From the NCBI GenBank assembly GCA_964642795.1, contig CAZXRQ010000003.1, positions 1 to 61,818 of the forward strand: DNA of 61,818 nt. Reading direction: 5' to 3'. The DNA is from an uncultured Oscillospiraceae bacterium (lineage in GTDB: Bacteria > Bacillota > Clostridia > Christensenellales > CAG-138). Positions 29,731-41,283 of this stretch are shown piece by piece. Position 1 is the first letter of the stretch. Each line of letters opens with the position of its first letter. Made by a program: the position numbers and the translations under genes. The notes beneath the pieces are model-generated. The model ran no database searches. It saw only the letters and a program-made list of their open reading frames with translations, and was not told where the DNA came from.

Positions 29731-30483
29731 TTATAGCCTCCCGCTTATGGCATAGCTGATTATGGCGATGCACTCGCGCAAAAGGTTGTTGGGTGCGGTA
29801 TACCATATGTCCGGCGCTGCTATGCCGGAGGCCTCTAAACCAAGCGACCGCGCCACGCGTTCTGCGCGGAACACATGGAAGCCCGTGGTGACGAACGCTA
29901 TGTCCGTGCCGCCGTGCTGTGCGATTATCTCTTTAGAGTAAAGGAAGTTCTCATAGGTGCTTTTCGCCTGATCCTCCATAATTATGCGCGATGCGTCGGC
30001 ACCGCAGGAAACCAGGTAATCATACATGGCCTGCGCCTCGGACAAATCCTCGCCGGGCCCCTGTCCGCCCGTTACGATAACGTAAGCGTCGGGGAAGCGC
30101 TGCATACTGTCGTTTGCGGTATCCAGCCGGTATTTGAGCGTAAGCGAGATGCGGTCGCCCCGTACGGCGCAGCCCAGCACGACTATGACGTCCGCGGACT
30201 GCACGGGGGTGGTTGCCGCGCCAAGTATTATGCCGCTCATAACGCAGAAAAACAGAATAAGCGCAGCGTACGCGGCCGCGGCTATTTTGATGAATAGGCC
30301 TGCTGTATTCGCAAGGCCTGCGCAAAGCGGCGCAAAAAATATGCCTGCAAGCAGCAGCGGCAGGCCAAGTATCGCGGGCAGATATGTGCCGAGGTTGCCG
30401 TTTGACAGCATCCGCACAAAAAGCGTATCCGCTATCAGCAGCGATCCTGCGATTATCAGTATGGTTTTAAGCATCGGCCTCAT
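29731..30483 (-). CDS. YdcF/SanA/ElyC-family (DUF218) membrane protein
   Basis: N-terminal TM helices followed by the DUF218-like core (VVLGCAVRGD...VTGGQG). The start is uncertain (30483 or 30474) and overlaps the upstream gene. Confidence 0.7.
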   Translation of the reverse strand: MRPMLKTILIIAGSLLIADTLFVRMLSNGNLGTYLPAILGLPLLLAGIFFAPLCAGLANTAGLFIKIAAAAYAALILFFCVMSGIILGAATTPVQSADVIVVLGCAVRGDRISLTLKYRLDTANDSMQRFPDAYVIVTGGQGPGEDLSEAQAMYDYLVSCGADASRIIMEDQAKSTYENFLYSKEIIAQHGGTDIAFVTTGFHVFRAERVARSLGLEASGIAAPDIWYTAPNNLLRECIAIISYAISGRL

Positions 30484-31426
30484 CTTCGCATTTGTCCTCC
30501 TTAGGCGCAGCGGAGCCGGGTGCGGCGGGGGCGGGTACGTTTGCTGCATATACGCCTATAAGTACCATAAGTATACCCAATCCCTGCAGCAAAGAGAAGT
30601 CCTCCCTCAGGAACACCACTCCGCATACCACGGCAACGACAGTACAAAGCCCCGCAAAGGAGGATGCGCGCGTAGGCCCTATAAGATCTATGCCGCGAAT
30701 GGCCATGAAAAACCCTGCGATGGAGCTTATTATGGATAAAAACAATACTCCGAGAAGAAAATTCGTGTTTTCAAACGGCGCGCGTACAAGCTCGCCCAGC
30801 GTGCCGTTTACACCGTTTACTATGAGCGCGGCAGTGGGGAATACTATGGCGCCGGACGCTATAATGGCATAGGTCTTTTCGGCGCTGGAGAATTCCGTAG
30901 CCTTTCGCGTGAATATGACGTACAGGCTGTCTGAGAATACGGTTATTATGAGCATAACGTAGCCGAGCGCGTTAAAGGACGCTGAAAGCCCTTTTACTAT
31001 GCTTGTAAGCGTAACGCCCAATACGGAAACGACTATGCCGACTATCTGAAGGCCGGTGGGCTTTTCCTTTAGCACTATCGCAGCAAGTATAAGCGTGAGT
31101 ATGGGCATACAGGCAAGTACGGTGCTGCTTTCAGTGGCGGTGGTCATCTGTATGCCGAGGGTCTCGAAGGTAAAGTATATTATAGGCTGAAACAGCGCCA
31201 TGACTAAAAGCGGCTTTAGATTGCGGCCCTTAAGACTAAACTTTATTATGCCGGACAGACGCAGCAGGGAGAATACGATGAAGGATATAAAAAAGCGCCA
31301 TGCCAACAGCGTAAGCGGCGGGGCGTCGTTGATACCCAAGCGAACCGCTATGAAAGCGAGGCCGAACAATATGTTGCCGAGGATGCAATATACAATGCCG
31401 AGCACGGAATCCTTATTCATATTCAT
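30467..31426 (-). CDS. DMT-superfamily (EamA-like) transporter
   Basis: Ten TM segments arranged as two EamA-type repeats. Confidence 0.8.
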   Translation of the reverse strand: MNMNKDSVLGIVYCILGNILFGLAFIAVRLGINDAPPLTLLAWRFFISFIVFSLLRLSGIIKFSLKGRNLKPLLVMALFQPIIYFTFETLGIQMTTATESSTVLACMPILTLILAAIVLKEKPTGLQIVGIVVSVLGVTLTSIVKGLSASFNALGYVMLIITVFSDSLYVIFTRKATEFSSAEKTYAIIASGAIVFPTAALIVNGVNGTLGELVRAPFENTNFLLGVLFLSIISSIAGFFMAIRGIDLIGPTRASSFAGLCTVVAVVCGVVFLREDFSLLQGLGILMVLIGVYAANVPAPAAPGSAAPKEDKCEDEADA

Positions 31427-31433
31427 GAAGGGA

Positions 31434-31442
31434 ATTATAGCA
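31434..31442 (-). promoter_or_regulatory. extended -10 abutting the start codon (leaderless candidate)
   Basis: Minus strand TGcTATAAT, then 7 nt, then ATG 31426. No SD is present. Confidence 0.45.
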
Positions 31443-31537
31443 CATTGTTGAGCAAATTGTAACGTATACGGTGGAAATATTGTAAATGGGAAGGTTTGAT
31501 GATAAAATCAAAGCTGATTTGATTTGGAGGATAACAG

Positions 31538-34282
<2,745 letters not shown>

Positions 34283-34300
34283 GCGCGGTTGGCGCAGCAA

Positions 34301-34309
34301 TGATACAAT
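34301..34309 (+). promoter_or_regulatory. extended -10 element
   Basis: TGaTACAAT lies 32 nt before ATG 34341. Confidence 0.35.
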
Positions 34310-34340
34310 CAACGGGAAACGGCAGACAGGATGAGAGGAT

Positions 34341-34562
34341 ATGAGTTTTAAGGGATTTGCGGGCTTGCTTTTGATGGTGTTGTCGGCCTCGTCCTTTATT
34401 GCGGGTGTGGTTTTGCATTGGGGGATAAGCAAATACGAGCGCAATCACTCCCACGAGCTCAACATCGGAGTTAAGCAGAAAAAACGCATTGCACTGGGAT
34501 TTTGGTGCAAGGCCGGATTTGTCCCGCTGGCGATACTCGGCGTATTGCCGATGTCCGTATAG
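34341..34562 (+). CDS. small membrane protein (73 aa)
   Basis: Two hydrophobic segments and a candidate promoter of its own. The SD (GAGAGGA) sits close to the ATG. Confidence 0.45.
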   Translation: MSFKGFAGLLLMVLSASSFIAGVVLHWGISKYERNHSHELNIGVKQKKRIALGFWCKAGFVPLAILGVLPMSV

Positions 34563-34669
34563 CCGGCATAACAGATATTCAGCGGCGCTGTAAGCGCTTC
34601 TGCCGTGACAATACCCGCATGATATGATACGATATACCCGATATAAATAAGCTAAGGAAGTGATGCAGA

Positions 34670-35771
34670 GTGATCCAACTGGATGAGGTGCGGCAGCAGT
34701 ACGCCGCGACCATCGAAACACTTAAAAAGGCAGGTGAGTCCCTTTGACCTGGCTTCATTGAAGCAGGAAAAGGAACAGCTTGAAGCCGATATGGGCGCGC
34801 CGGGCTTCTGGGACGACGTTGATAACGCAAATAAGGTCAACCAGCGAATGAAGGTCATCATGAACCGGCTGGATAAGTATGCGAAGCTGGAGTCAAGGGG
34901 CGAGGACATTAAGACCCTTATTGAGATGGCGGAGGAGGAAAACGACGAAAGCCTCGTGGATGAGATACACGAGGAGTACGCCTCCTTTGATGCAGATGTG
35001 CAGGCGCTCAAGCTCGAAACGCTGCTAAAGGGCGAATACGACGAACACAACGCCGTGCTCAGCCTGCACGCGGGCGCGGGCGGAACCGAGGCGCAGGACT
35101 GGGTGCAGATGCTGTACCGCATGTATACCCGCTATTGCGAAAAGCATGGCTATACCGTAAAGGAGCTGGATCTGCTAGATGGCGACGAGGCTGGCATAAA
35201 GAGCGTTACCTTTGAAGTGGACGGCGACAACGCCTACGGCTACCTCAAGGCCGAAAAGGGTGTGCACAGACTGGTGCGCATATCGCCGTTTGATTCGTCC
35301 GGCAGGCGGCATACGTCGTTTGCATCGCTGGACGTTACGCCCATATTTGACGACGACGATAACAGCATAGAGATAGACCCGGATGATATCCGCGTGGATA
35401 CCTACCGCTCCGGCGGCGCGGGAGGTCAAAACGTAAACAAGGTCAGCTCGGCAATACGCATAACGCACATACCTACCAACATAGTGGTGCAGTGCCAAAA
35501 CGAGCGCAGCCAGCTTCAAAATAAAGAGATGGCCATGCGTATGCTGCGAGGTAAGCTGATGGAGCTGGCCGAGCGTGAGCGCATGGAGCAGATGGCCGGT
35601 ATCAAGGGCGAGATGAAGAAGATAGAGTGGGGCAGCCAGATACGCTCCTATGTGTTCCAGCCCTATACGCTCGTTAAGGACCATCGTACAAACGTCGAAA
35701 ACGGCAATATACAGGCCGTTATGGACGGGGATTTGGATGCGTTTATCAACGCATATTTGGTGCAGTCATGA
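34670..35771 (+). CDS. prfB: peptide chain release factor 2, programmed +1 frameshift at 34742-34748
   Basis: Frame 0 runs from GTG 34670 to CTT TGA (34742-34747). The +1 frame continues as DLASLKQEKEQL... SPF and GGQ motifs are present. Confidence 0.93.
34732..34748 (+). other. RF2 autoregulatory frameshift site
   Basis: SD-like AGGTGA, 4 nt, then CTT TGA C. Confidence 0.9.
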
Positions 35772-36802
35772 ATAAAGCGAAGTTTTTTGCAAGCGACAAC
35801 TGCTCGCCCGCTCACGAGAACGTGATGAAGCGGCTTATGGAGATAAACTCCGGGCACCTCCACTCCTACGGTGAGGATACCGAATACTGCCCCAAGGTGG
35901 CGCAGCGCGTGGCGGACGTATGCGGCGGCCGCGAGGCCTACTTTGTGCTTTCAGGTTCCGGTGCAAACGTCACAGCGCTTGCCTCCGTATGCCCAACATG
36001 GGGCGGCGTGATATGCACGGAGCTTGCGCATATCAATACCGACGAGACAGGCGCGCCGGAGCACATCATAGGCGGCAAGCTGTACGCGCTGAAGGGCACT
36101 GAGCTCAACAAGCTTACACCGGAGATGATAAGCGACATAGCCGTGCATAAATGTGGTGTGCAGCACTATAACCAACCCAAGGTGGTATCCATTACGCAAA
36201 GCACCGAGGTCGGCACGGTATATACCCCTGCCGAGGTGGCCGCGATAGCCGATACTGCACACAAGCACGGTATGCTGCTGCATATGGACGGGGCGCGCCT
36301 TGCAAACGCCATAGTCGGTTTGGGCTGTACGGCGAAGGAGATAACGGCAGACGCGGGTGTGGATATACTTAGCTTCGGCTTCAGCAAGAACGGCGGCATG
36401 ATAGGGGATGCGGTGGTATCCTTTATACCGCTTGAGCATTTTCCGTATGTGCGCAAAAACTGCAACCAGCTCGTAAGTAAATCCCGCTATATCGCGGCGC
36501 AGATAGAGGCCTTGCTGGACGACGATCTGTGGCTTAAATGCGCTTGGCACGCCAATGCCATGGCAAAGCGTATATCCGACGGCATGTGTGCGCTTCCCGG
36601 CGTTTCCGCCGCATGGCCCACGCAGGCCAACGAGGTGTTCCTAAAGCTGCCGCACGACGCGATAGCGCCGCTGCGCGAGTTCATGGATTTCTACGACGCC
36701 GACGAGGGTGTGGATACCATTCGCTTGGTGGGCTCCTTCGATACTACGGAGGCGGATGTGGATGCGTTCATCACAAAGGCTAAGGAGATAATCTGCGGCT
36801 AA
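35768..36802 (+). CDS. low-specificity threonine aldolase (beta-eliminating lyase family)
   Basis: The N-terminus FASDNCSPAHENVM and the motif SFGFSKNGG (PLP lysine) are present. ATGA overlap with prfB. Confidence 0.8.
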   Translation: MNKAKFFASDNCSPAHENVMKRLMEINSGHLHSYGEDTEYCPKVAQRVADVCGGREAYFVLSGSGANVTALASVCPTWGGVICTELAHINTDETGAPEHIIGGKLYALKGTELNKLTPEMISDIAVHKCGVQHYNQPKVVSITQSTEVGTVYTPAEVAAIADTAHKHGMLLHMDGARLANAIVGLGCTAKEITADAGVDILSFGFSKNGGMIGDAVVSFIPLEHFPYVRKNCNQLVSKSRYIAAQIEALLDDDLWLKCAWHANAMAKRISDGMCALPGVSAAWPTQANEVFLKLPHDAIAPLREFMDFYDADEGVDTIRLVGSFDTTEADVDAFITKAKEIICG

Positions 36803-36817
36803 GAGTAAAATAAAGTT

Positions 36818-36844
36818 AAAAGGCGGCCGCTGGCCGCCCTTTTA
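36818..36844 (+). terminator. rho-independent terminator
   Basis: AAAAGGCGGCC, GCT loop, GGCCGCCCTTTT. Confidence 0.75.
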
Positions 36845-36850
36845 GTCTAT

Positions 36851-37000
36851 CGAAAAAGTCAAAACTGACTTTTTCGAGCTTGCAGTCTTTGCCTCTCGCC
36901 TACCGGCTGCGCCCGCTAGGCTCCCGGGCGGCAAAGCCTGAAAAGAATAGGAAAAATCTACGATTTTTCTTCCGGTCTGACGCACCTGTCGCCAGACCGG
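36851..37000. other. cluster of four further stem-loops in a convergent spacer
   Basis: - 11-bp stem CGAAAAAGTCA/TGACTTTTTCG
- CTTTGCC...GGCAAAG enclosing GCCTA...TAGGC
- 8-bp stem GAAAAATC/GATTTTTC
- 8-bp stem CCGGTCTG/CAGACCGG. Confidence 0.6.
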
Positions 37001-37085
37001 ACTTAACATTAAAAGGCTTAGACCCTTAATAATCCCGCGGTTTAGCGGCCGCCCTTTGATTTTGTGAAGAGCGTTTGCAATCAGC

Positions 37086-38357
37086 CTATGCCTGCCTGTT
37101 GTATATCTCTGCAACGGACCTGCGGTTGCCGCCAATAAACACCAGCGCGGCGATAACGCATATGCCCATACAGACGGCGAGCACCAGACGTTCGCTCAAA
37201 AGCTCACTCAACGCGCCTGCGGCAAGCTCGCCTGCAAGCATTCCTGCGGTGCTCAGCGTGGAGAATACGCCGTTGAAGCGGCCCTTGCGCTCGTCAGGAA
37301 CATAGCTTTGCGTGGCGGATATGCGTATGTTGTAGGAGGTTATGCCGAGTATACCGTTGAAGAAGCACATCACCATCATTATTGCTATGGGGAAGAAAAG
37401 GTACGAGCCCTCTAAAAACGATATTATCAAATATACGGCAAAGGCTATGGCGAACTTAGACTTAAACGGAAGTTTGAATCTGTAATGCAGCCCGCCGCCT
37501 ATCATGCGGCCCAACATTGCCATACCCCATACCAGCATAAAGACATATTCGCCGTTGTTGAAATTGGCTTTGAAATAGGGCAGGGTGATGACCGACGACG
37601 CGCCGGAGCCGAATGCGCTGAAGGTGAAGTATATAACTATCGCAAGCAGCCCTTTTTCGCTGATAAGGTAGCTCATGCCCTCGCGGAAGTCGGTTTTGAA
37701 ACGCCTTAACAGAGAGGGCCTTGCTCCGGCCGGTACCTCGCTTTCGGCGCGGTCGGAAATATATTTTTCGTTGGCGCAAATTCGGGTTTCCATTATTGCG
37801 GCCACAAGATAGCTTACGGCGTTAAACGCAAAAAGCGGTACTATGCCTATGGAGTTGTATACCAGCGCGGAGACGGGTATCATTACCATGGTCAGCGTTT
37901 CCAGTGTGCTGGATACCGAGTAGGCCTTGGCGAAGTTGCCCTCGCTTACCAGCAGCGGATAGAAGCTCTCATATGCGACGAGATACACGCTGTCGATAGT
38001 ACCGAGTATAAGGCACATGACCGCCAACAGAGCAAAGCTGAACAGATCGAACAGCAGTATCGCGGCAAGCGCAAGATACAATCCAGCCGATAAAAAGTCC
38101 AGCATATATATGGCTTTTTTACGCGAGAAACGATCCAAAAACGGCCCGGCTATGATGGGGGTGACAACGCGGGGCAGCATATACATCGCCATGTATATAG
38201 CATAATACAGCGTGGAGCCAGTGTAGTCGAGCACCAGCAGCCCCATAGCAAAACCGGACAGCGCGTTGCCCAGCATGGAAACGACGCTGCCCAGGGTGAT
38301 TATGGTAAAATCTTTTGTCCAAAGCGTTGGGGCAGGGGTATTTTTGTTTTGTTCCAT
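37086..38357 (-). CDS. MFS transporter (DHA3/macrolide-efflux-like)
   Basis: Twelve TM segments. The N-terminus LWTKDFTIITLGSVVSMLGNAL.. is typical of MFS_3/DHA3 proteins. Confidence 0.8.
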   Translation of the reverse strand: MEQNKNTPAPTLWTKDFTIITLGSVVSMLGNALSGFAMGLLVLDYTGSTLYYAIYMAMYMLPRVVTPIIAGPFLDRFSRKKAIYMLDFLSAGLYLALAAILLFDLFSFALLAVMCLILGTIDSVYLVAYESFYPLLVSEGNFAKAYSVSSTLETLTMVMIPVSALVYNSIGIVPLFAFNAVSYLVAAIMETRICANEKYISDRAESEVPAGARPSLLRRFKTDFREGMSYLISEKGLLAIVIYFTFSAFGSGASSVITLPYFKANFNNGEYVFMLVWGMAMLGRMIGGGLHYRFKLPFKSKFAIAFAVYLIISFLEGSYLFFPIAIMMVMCFFNGILGITSYNIRISATQSYVPDERKGRFNGVFSTLSTAGMLAGELAAGALSELLSERLVLAVCMGICVIAALVFIGGNRRSVAEIYNRQA

Positions 38358-38390
38358 GAAATTACTTGTTGCTTTCCGACGATAGCGTTA

Positions 38391-39146
38391 TTAATTGAAG
38401 CCGAAGCCGGTGCCGCGCGCCTCTGATGCAAGCTCTGCAAGACCGGATATGGGCAGCTCCGTCATGTTGACGACGAAGGCTTTTTCATCGCCCGGCTCAA
38501 GCTGTGCGTTGCGGGTAAAATGCCATACGCCGAGCAGGCCGCCGTCTGAGCCGTAAAAGCCGACGTATATCATGTTAAGCGAGCAGGTTTCGCTTGAGGT
38601 GCTGCGAATACTGCCCGAAAGCGTGGTGAAGCCGGGATAGTTATCCGCGAGGAACAGATCCGTAACCGCGATATCGTTGCGCTCTACGGAGGAGGCTTCG
38701 CAGGTTAGGCCGGCTTCAAGCTCGCAGGACGCGCCGGCGGAAAGCGTATCGTCTTTAAACCACATGGCGATGTATGATGACTGTCCGGGCTGGACTATGT
38801 CGTATTCGCTGAGTATGGGCGTGAACTGCTGGGGTATGAATTGCCCGCCTGCGGTAAAGCTGAAGGACGCCTGTGTGATACGGACGGGCACATCGCCGGT
38901 GTTTTGGTATTCCACAGCGCCGTAGAGCGTAACGCCCTCGGCACAATCGAATACATATGCGACCGTATCGACGACGCTGACAGTCGCGCCGGTAACTGAG
39001 CCCTGCGCAGCGGAGTCGGAGCTGGTCGCGTCGGCCTGCGTGGACTCCGAGCCCAACACATCCACGACCTGCTGCGGTTCGCTCTTGCATCCGCAGGCGA
39101 GCGCGAGTACCAGTATAAGCATTATTGCGACGGCTTTTCTCATCAT
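38391..39146 (-). CDS. lipoprotein of unknown function
   Basis: MMRKAVAIMLILVLALACGC is a signal/lipobox-like N-terminus, followed by two beta-rich halves. The gene ends 33 nt upstream of the MFS gene. Confidence 0.7.
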   Translation of the reverse strand: MMRKAVAIMLILVLALACGCKSEPQQVVDVLGSESTQADATSSDSAAQGSVTGATVSVVDTVAYVFDCAEGVTLYGAVEYQNTGDVPVRITQASFSFTAGGQFIPQQFTPILSEYDIVQPGQSSYIAMWFKDDTLSAGASCELEAGLTCEASSVERNDIAVTDLFLADNYPGFTTLSGSIRSTSSETCSLNMIYVGFYGSDGGLLGVWHFTRNAQLEPGDEKAFVVNMTELPISGLAELASEARGTGFGFN

Positions 39147-39152
39147 AGCGCA

Positions 39153-39161
39153 ATTATAGCA
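39153..39161 (-). promoter_or_regulatory. extended -10 abutting the start codon (leaderless candidate)
   Basis: Minus strand TGcTATAAT, then 6 nt, then ATG 39146. No SD is present. Confidence 0.45.
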
Positions 39162-39252
39162 CAGCGGGCTGAAACCGTCCATAATGACGTGGCACGACGC
39201 TATTTGAATTAACAATATGTCTACAAATCCACGCCACTTTATTGGCGCAATA

Positions 39253-39261
39253 TGGTACAAT
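39253..39261 (+). promoter_or_regulatory. extended -10 element upstream of pgk
   Basis: TGgTACAAT lies about 65 nt before the pgk ATG. Confidence 0.4.
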
Positions 39262-39326
39262 ATAAAATAGTGAATAACGGGCGTAAAAACGCTTGCAGAT
39301 TTATTTTTCAACGGGAGGAAATTATC

Positions 39327-40511
39327 ATGGCGAAAATGACAGTAGAAGATGTAAATGTAAAGGATAAACGCGTATTGGTGCGTGTGGATTACAACGTACC
39401 GCTCAACAACGGCGAAGTCGCAGACGATAAGCGCATAGTCGCGTCGCTGCCCACCGTTAAGTACCTGCTGGAGCATGGCGCAAAACTGATACTGTGCTCG
39501 CATTTAGGCAGACCCAAGGGCGAGGCGAAGCCGGAGTTCTCGCTTGCGCCCGTGGCGAAGCGGCTTTCAGAGCTGCTGCCCGGCGTAAACGTATACTTCG
39601 CGCAGGACTGCGTGGGCCCGGAGGCGGAGCGCATGGCGGCGCAGTTGAAGCCGGGCGATATACTGCTGCTTGAGAACCTGCGCTTCCATAAAGAAGAAGA
39701 GAAGAACGATCCTGAGTTTGCAAAGCAGCTTGCATCGCTTGCAGAGCTGTATGTATCCGACGCGTTTGGCACGGTACACAGGGCTCATGCGTCCACGGTG
39801 GGCGTTGCAGCGTACCTGCCCGCAGTGGCCGGTTTCCTCATAGGTAAGGAGCTTTCCGTTATGGGCGAGGCCTTGGACAACCCGCAGCGCCCGTTTGTGG
39901 CGATACTGGGCGGCGCAAAGGTATCCGACAAGATAGGCGTTATACAAAACCTGCTCAAAAAGTGCGACACGCTGCTTATAGGCGGCGGTATGGCGTATAC
40001 GTTCTTCAAGGCGCAGGGCTGGAGCATAGGCGATTCCCTATTGGATGCAAGCAGCATAGACCTTGCGTCTGAGCTTATGGCGGAAGCAAAGGCGCGCGGC
40101 GTAAAGCTGCTGTTGCCAGTTGATACCGTTATTGCAGATAAGTTTGCCGCGGATGCTTCGTACAAGACCGTGCCGTCGGACGCTATCCCGGACGGCTGGC
40201 AGGGCTTGGACATCGGCGAGGAGACCTGCAAAGCGTTTGCTGCGGAGATAAAGACCGCAAAGACTGTAATTTGGAATGGGCCTATGGGCGTATTCGAGTT
40301 TACCGCATTTGCACACGGTACCGAGGAGGTGGCCAAGGCCTGCGCGGAGTCTGGCGGCGTTACGATAATTGGCGGCGGAGATTCCGCATCCGCCGTGAAG
40401 AAGCTGGGCTATGCGGATAGGATGACGCATATATCAACCGGCGGCGGCGCAAGCCTGGAGTTTCTCGAGGGTAAGACGCTCCCGGGAGTGGCGGCACTAA
40501 ATGACAAATAA
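39327..40511 (+). CDS. pgk: phosphoglycerate kinase
   Basis: [11 protein letters not shown] motif, product of 394 aa, RBS GGGAGG. Confidence 0.97.
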   Translation: MAKMTVEDVNVKDKRVLVRVDYNVPLNNGEVADDKRIVASLPTVKYLLEHGAKLILCSHLGRPKGEAKPEFSLAPVAKRLSELLPGVNVYFAQDCVGPEAERMAAQLKPGDILLLENLRFHKEEEKNDPEFAKQLASLAELYVSDAFGTVHRAHASTVGVAAYLPAVAGFLIGKELSVMGEALDNPQRPFVAILGGAKVSDKIGVIQNLLKKCDTLLIGGGMAYTFFKAQGWSIGDSLLDASSIDLASELMAEAKARGVKLLLPVDTVIADKFAADASYKTVPSDAIPDGWQGLDIGEETCKAFAAEIKTAKTVIWNGPMGVFEFTAFAHGTEEVAKACAESGGVTIIGGGDSASAVKKLGYADRMTHISTGGGASLEFLEGKTLPGVAALNDK

Positions 40512-40533
40512 TATTGAACACAGGAGAGATATC

Positions 40534-41283
40534 ATGAGAAAACCCATTATTGCAGGCAACTGGAAGATGAACAAGTTGGTCTCCGAGACCAAGGCGCTCG
40601 TAGCGGAGCTTGTACCGCTGGTGAAGGACGCGGAATGCGACGTGGTGATATGCCCGCCGTTCACCGATCTTGCGGCGGCTGTGGAGCTTACGCGCAACAC
40701 CAACATAAAGGTAGGCGCGCAGAATGTGCACTGGGCACAAAGCGGCGCGTTTACCGGCGAGATCAGCGCGGACATGCTGTGCGAGCTGGGCGTGGAATAC
40801 GCAATAATCGGCCATAGCGAACGCCGCCAGTATTTCGGGGAAACGGATGAGGGCGTTAATGCCAGGGCAAAGGCCGCGCTTGCAGCCGGACTTATTCCAA
40901 TAATCTGCGTAGGCGAGAGTTTGGAGCAGCGCGAGGCCGGCCAAACCGAGGCGTGGGTAAGCGCACAGGTGGAGAACGCGCTTAAGGATATTCCGGCATC
41001 GGATGCGGTAAAGCTGGTGGTAGCCTATGAACCTATATGGGCGATAGGCACCGGCAAGACCGCCACCAGCGCGCAGGCCAACGAGACCATAGGTGAGATA
41101 CGCGATGTGCTGCTTGCGCTGTACGGCTCGGATGTAGCGGGCGCCGTGCGCATACAGTACGGCGGCAGCATGAAGCCCGCCAACGCTGCGGAGCTGATGG
41201 CGATGGAGGAGATTGACGGCGGATTGATAGGCGGCGCCAGCCTCAAAGCCGAGGACTTTGCCAAGGTGGTCAACTACAAATGA
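40534..41283 (+). CDS. tpiA: triosephosphate isomerase
   Basis: Motifs IAGNWKMN, IGHSERR and AYEPIWAIGTG. Confidence 0.97.
   Translation: MRKPIIAGNWKMNKLVSETKALVAELVPLVKDAECDVVICPPFTDLAAAVELTRNTNIKVGAQNVHWAQSGAFTGEISADMLCELGVEYAIIGHSERRQYFGETDEGVNARAKAALAAGLIPIICVGESLEQREAGQTEAWVSAQVENALKDIPASDAVKLVVAYEPIWAIGTGKTATSAQANETIGEIRDVLLALYGSDVAGAVRIQYGGSMKPANAAELMAMEEIDGGLIGGASLKAEDFAKVVNYK

Noticed and set aside
36842-37135. A 97-aa minus-strand ORF spanning the hairpin-rich spacer.
   Set aside because: It overlaps the 3' end of the MFS gene out of frame and runs through terminator stems. It has no SD and a low-complexity product.
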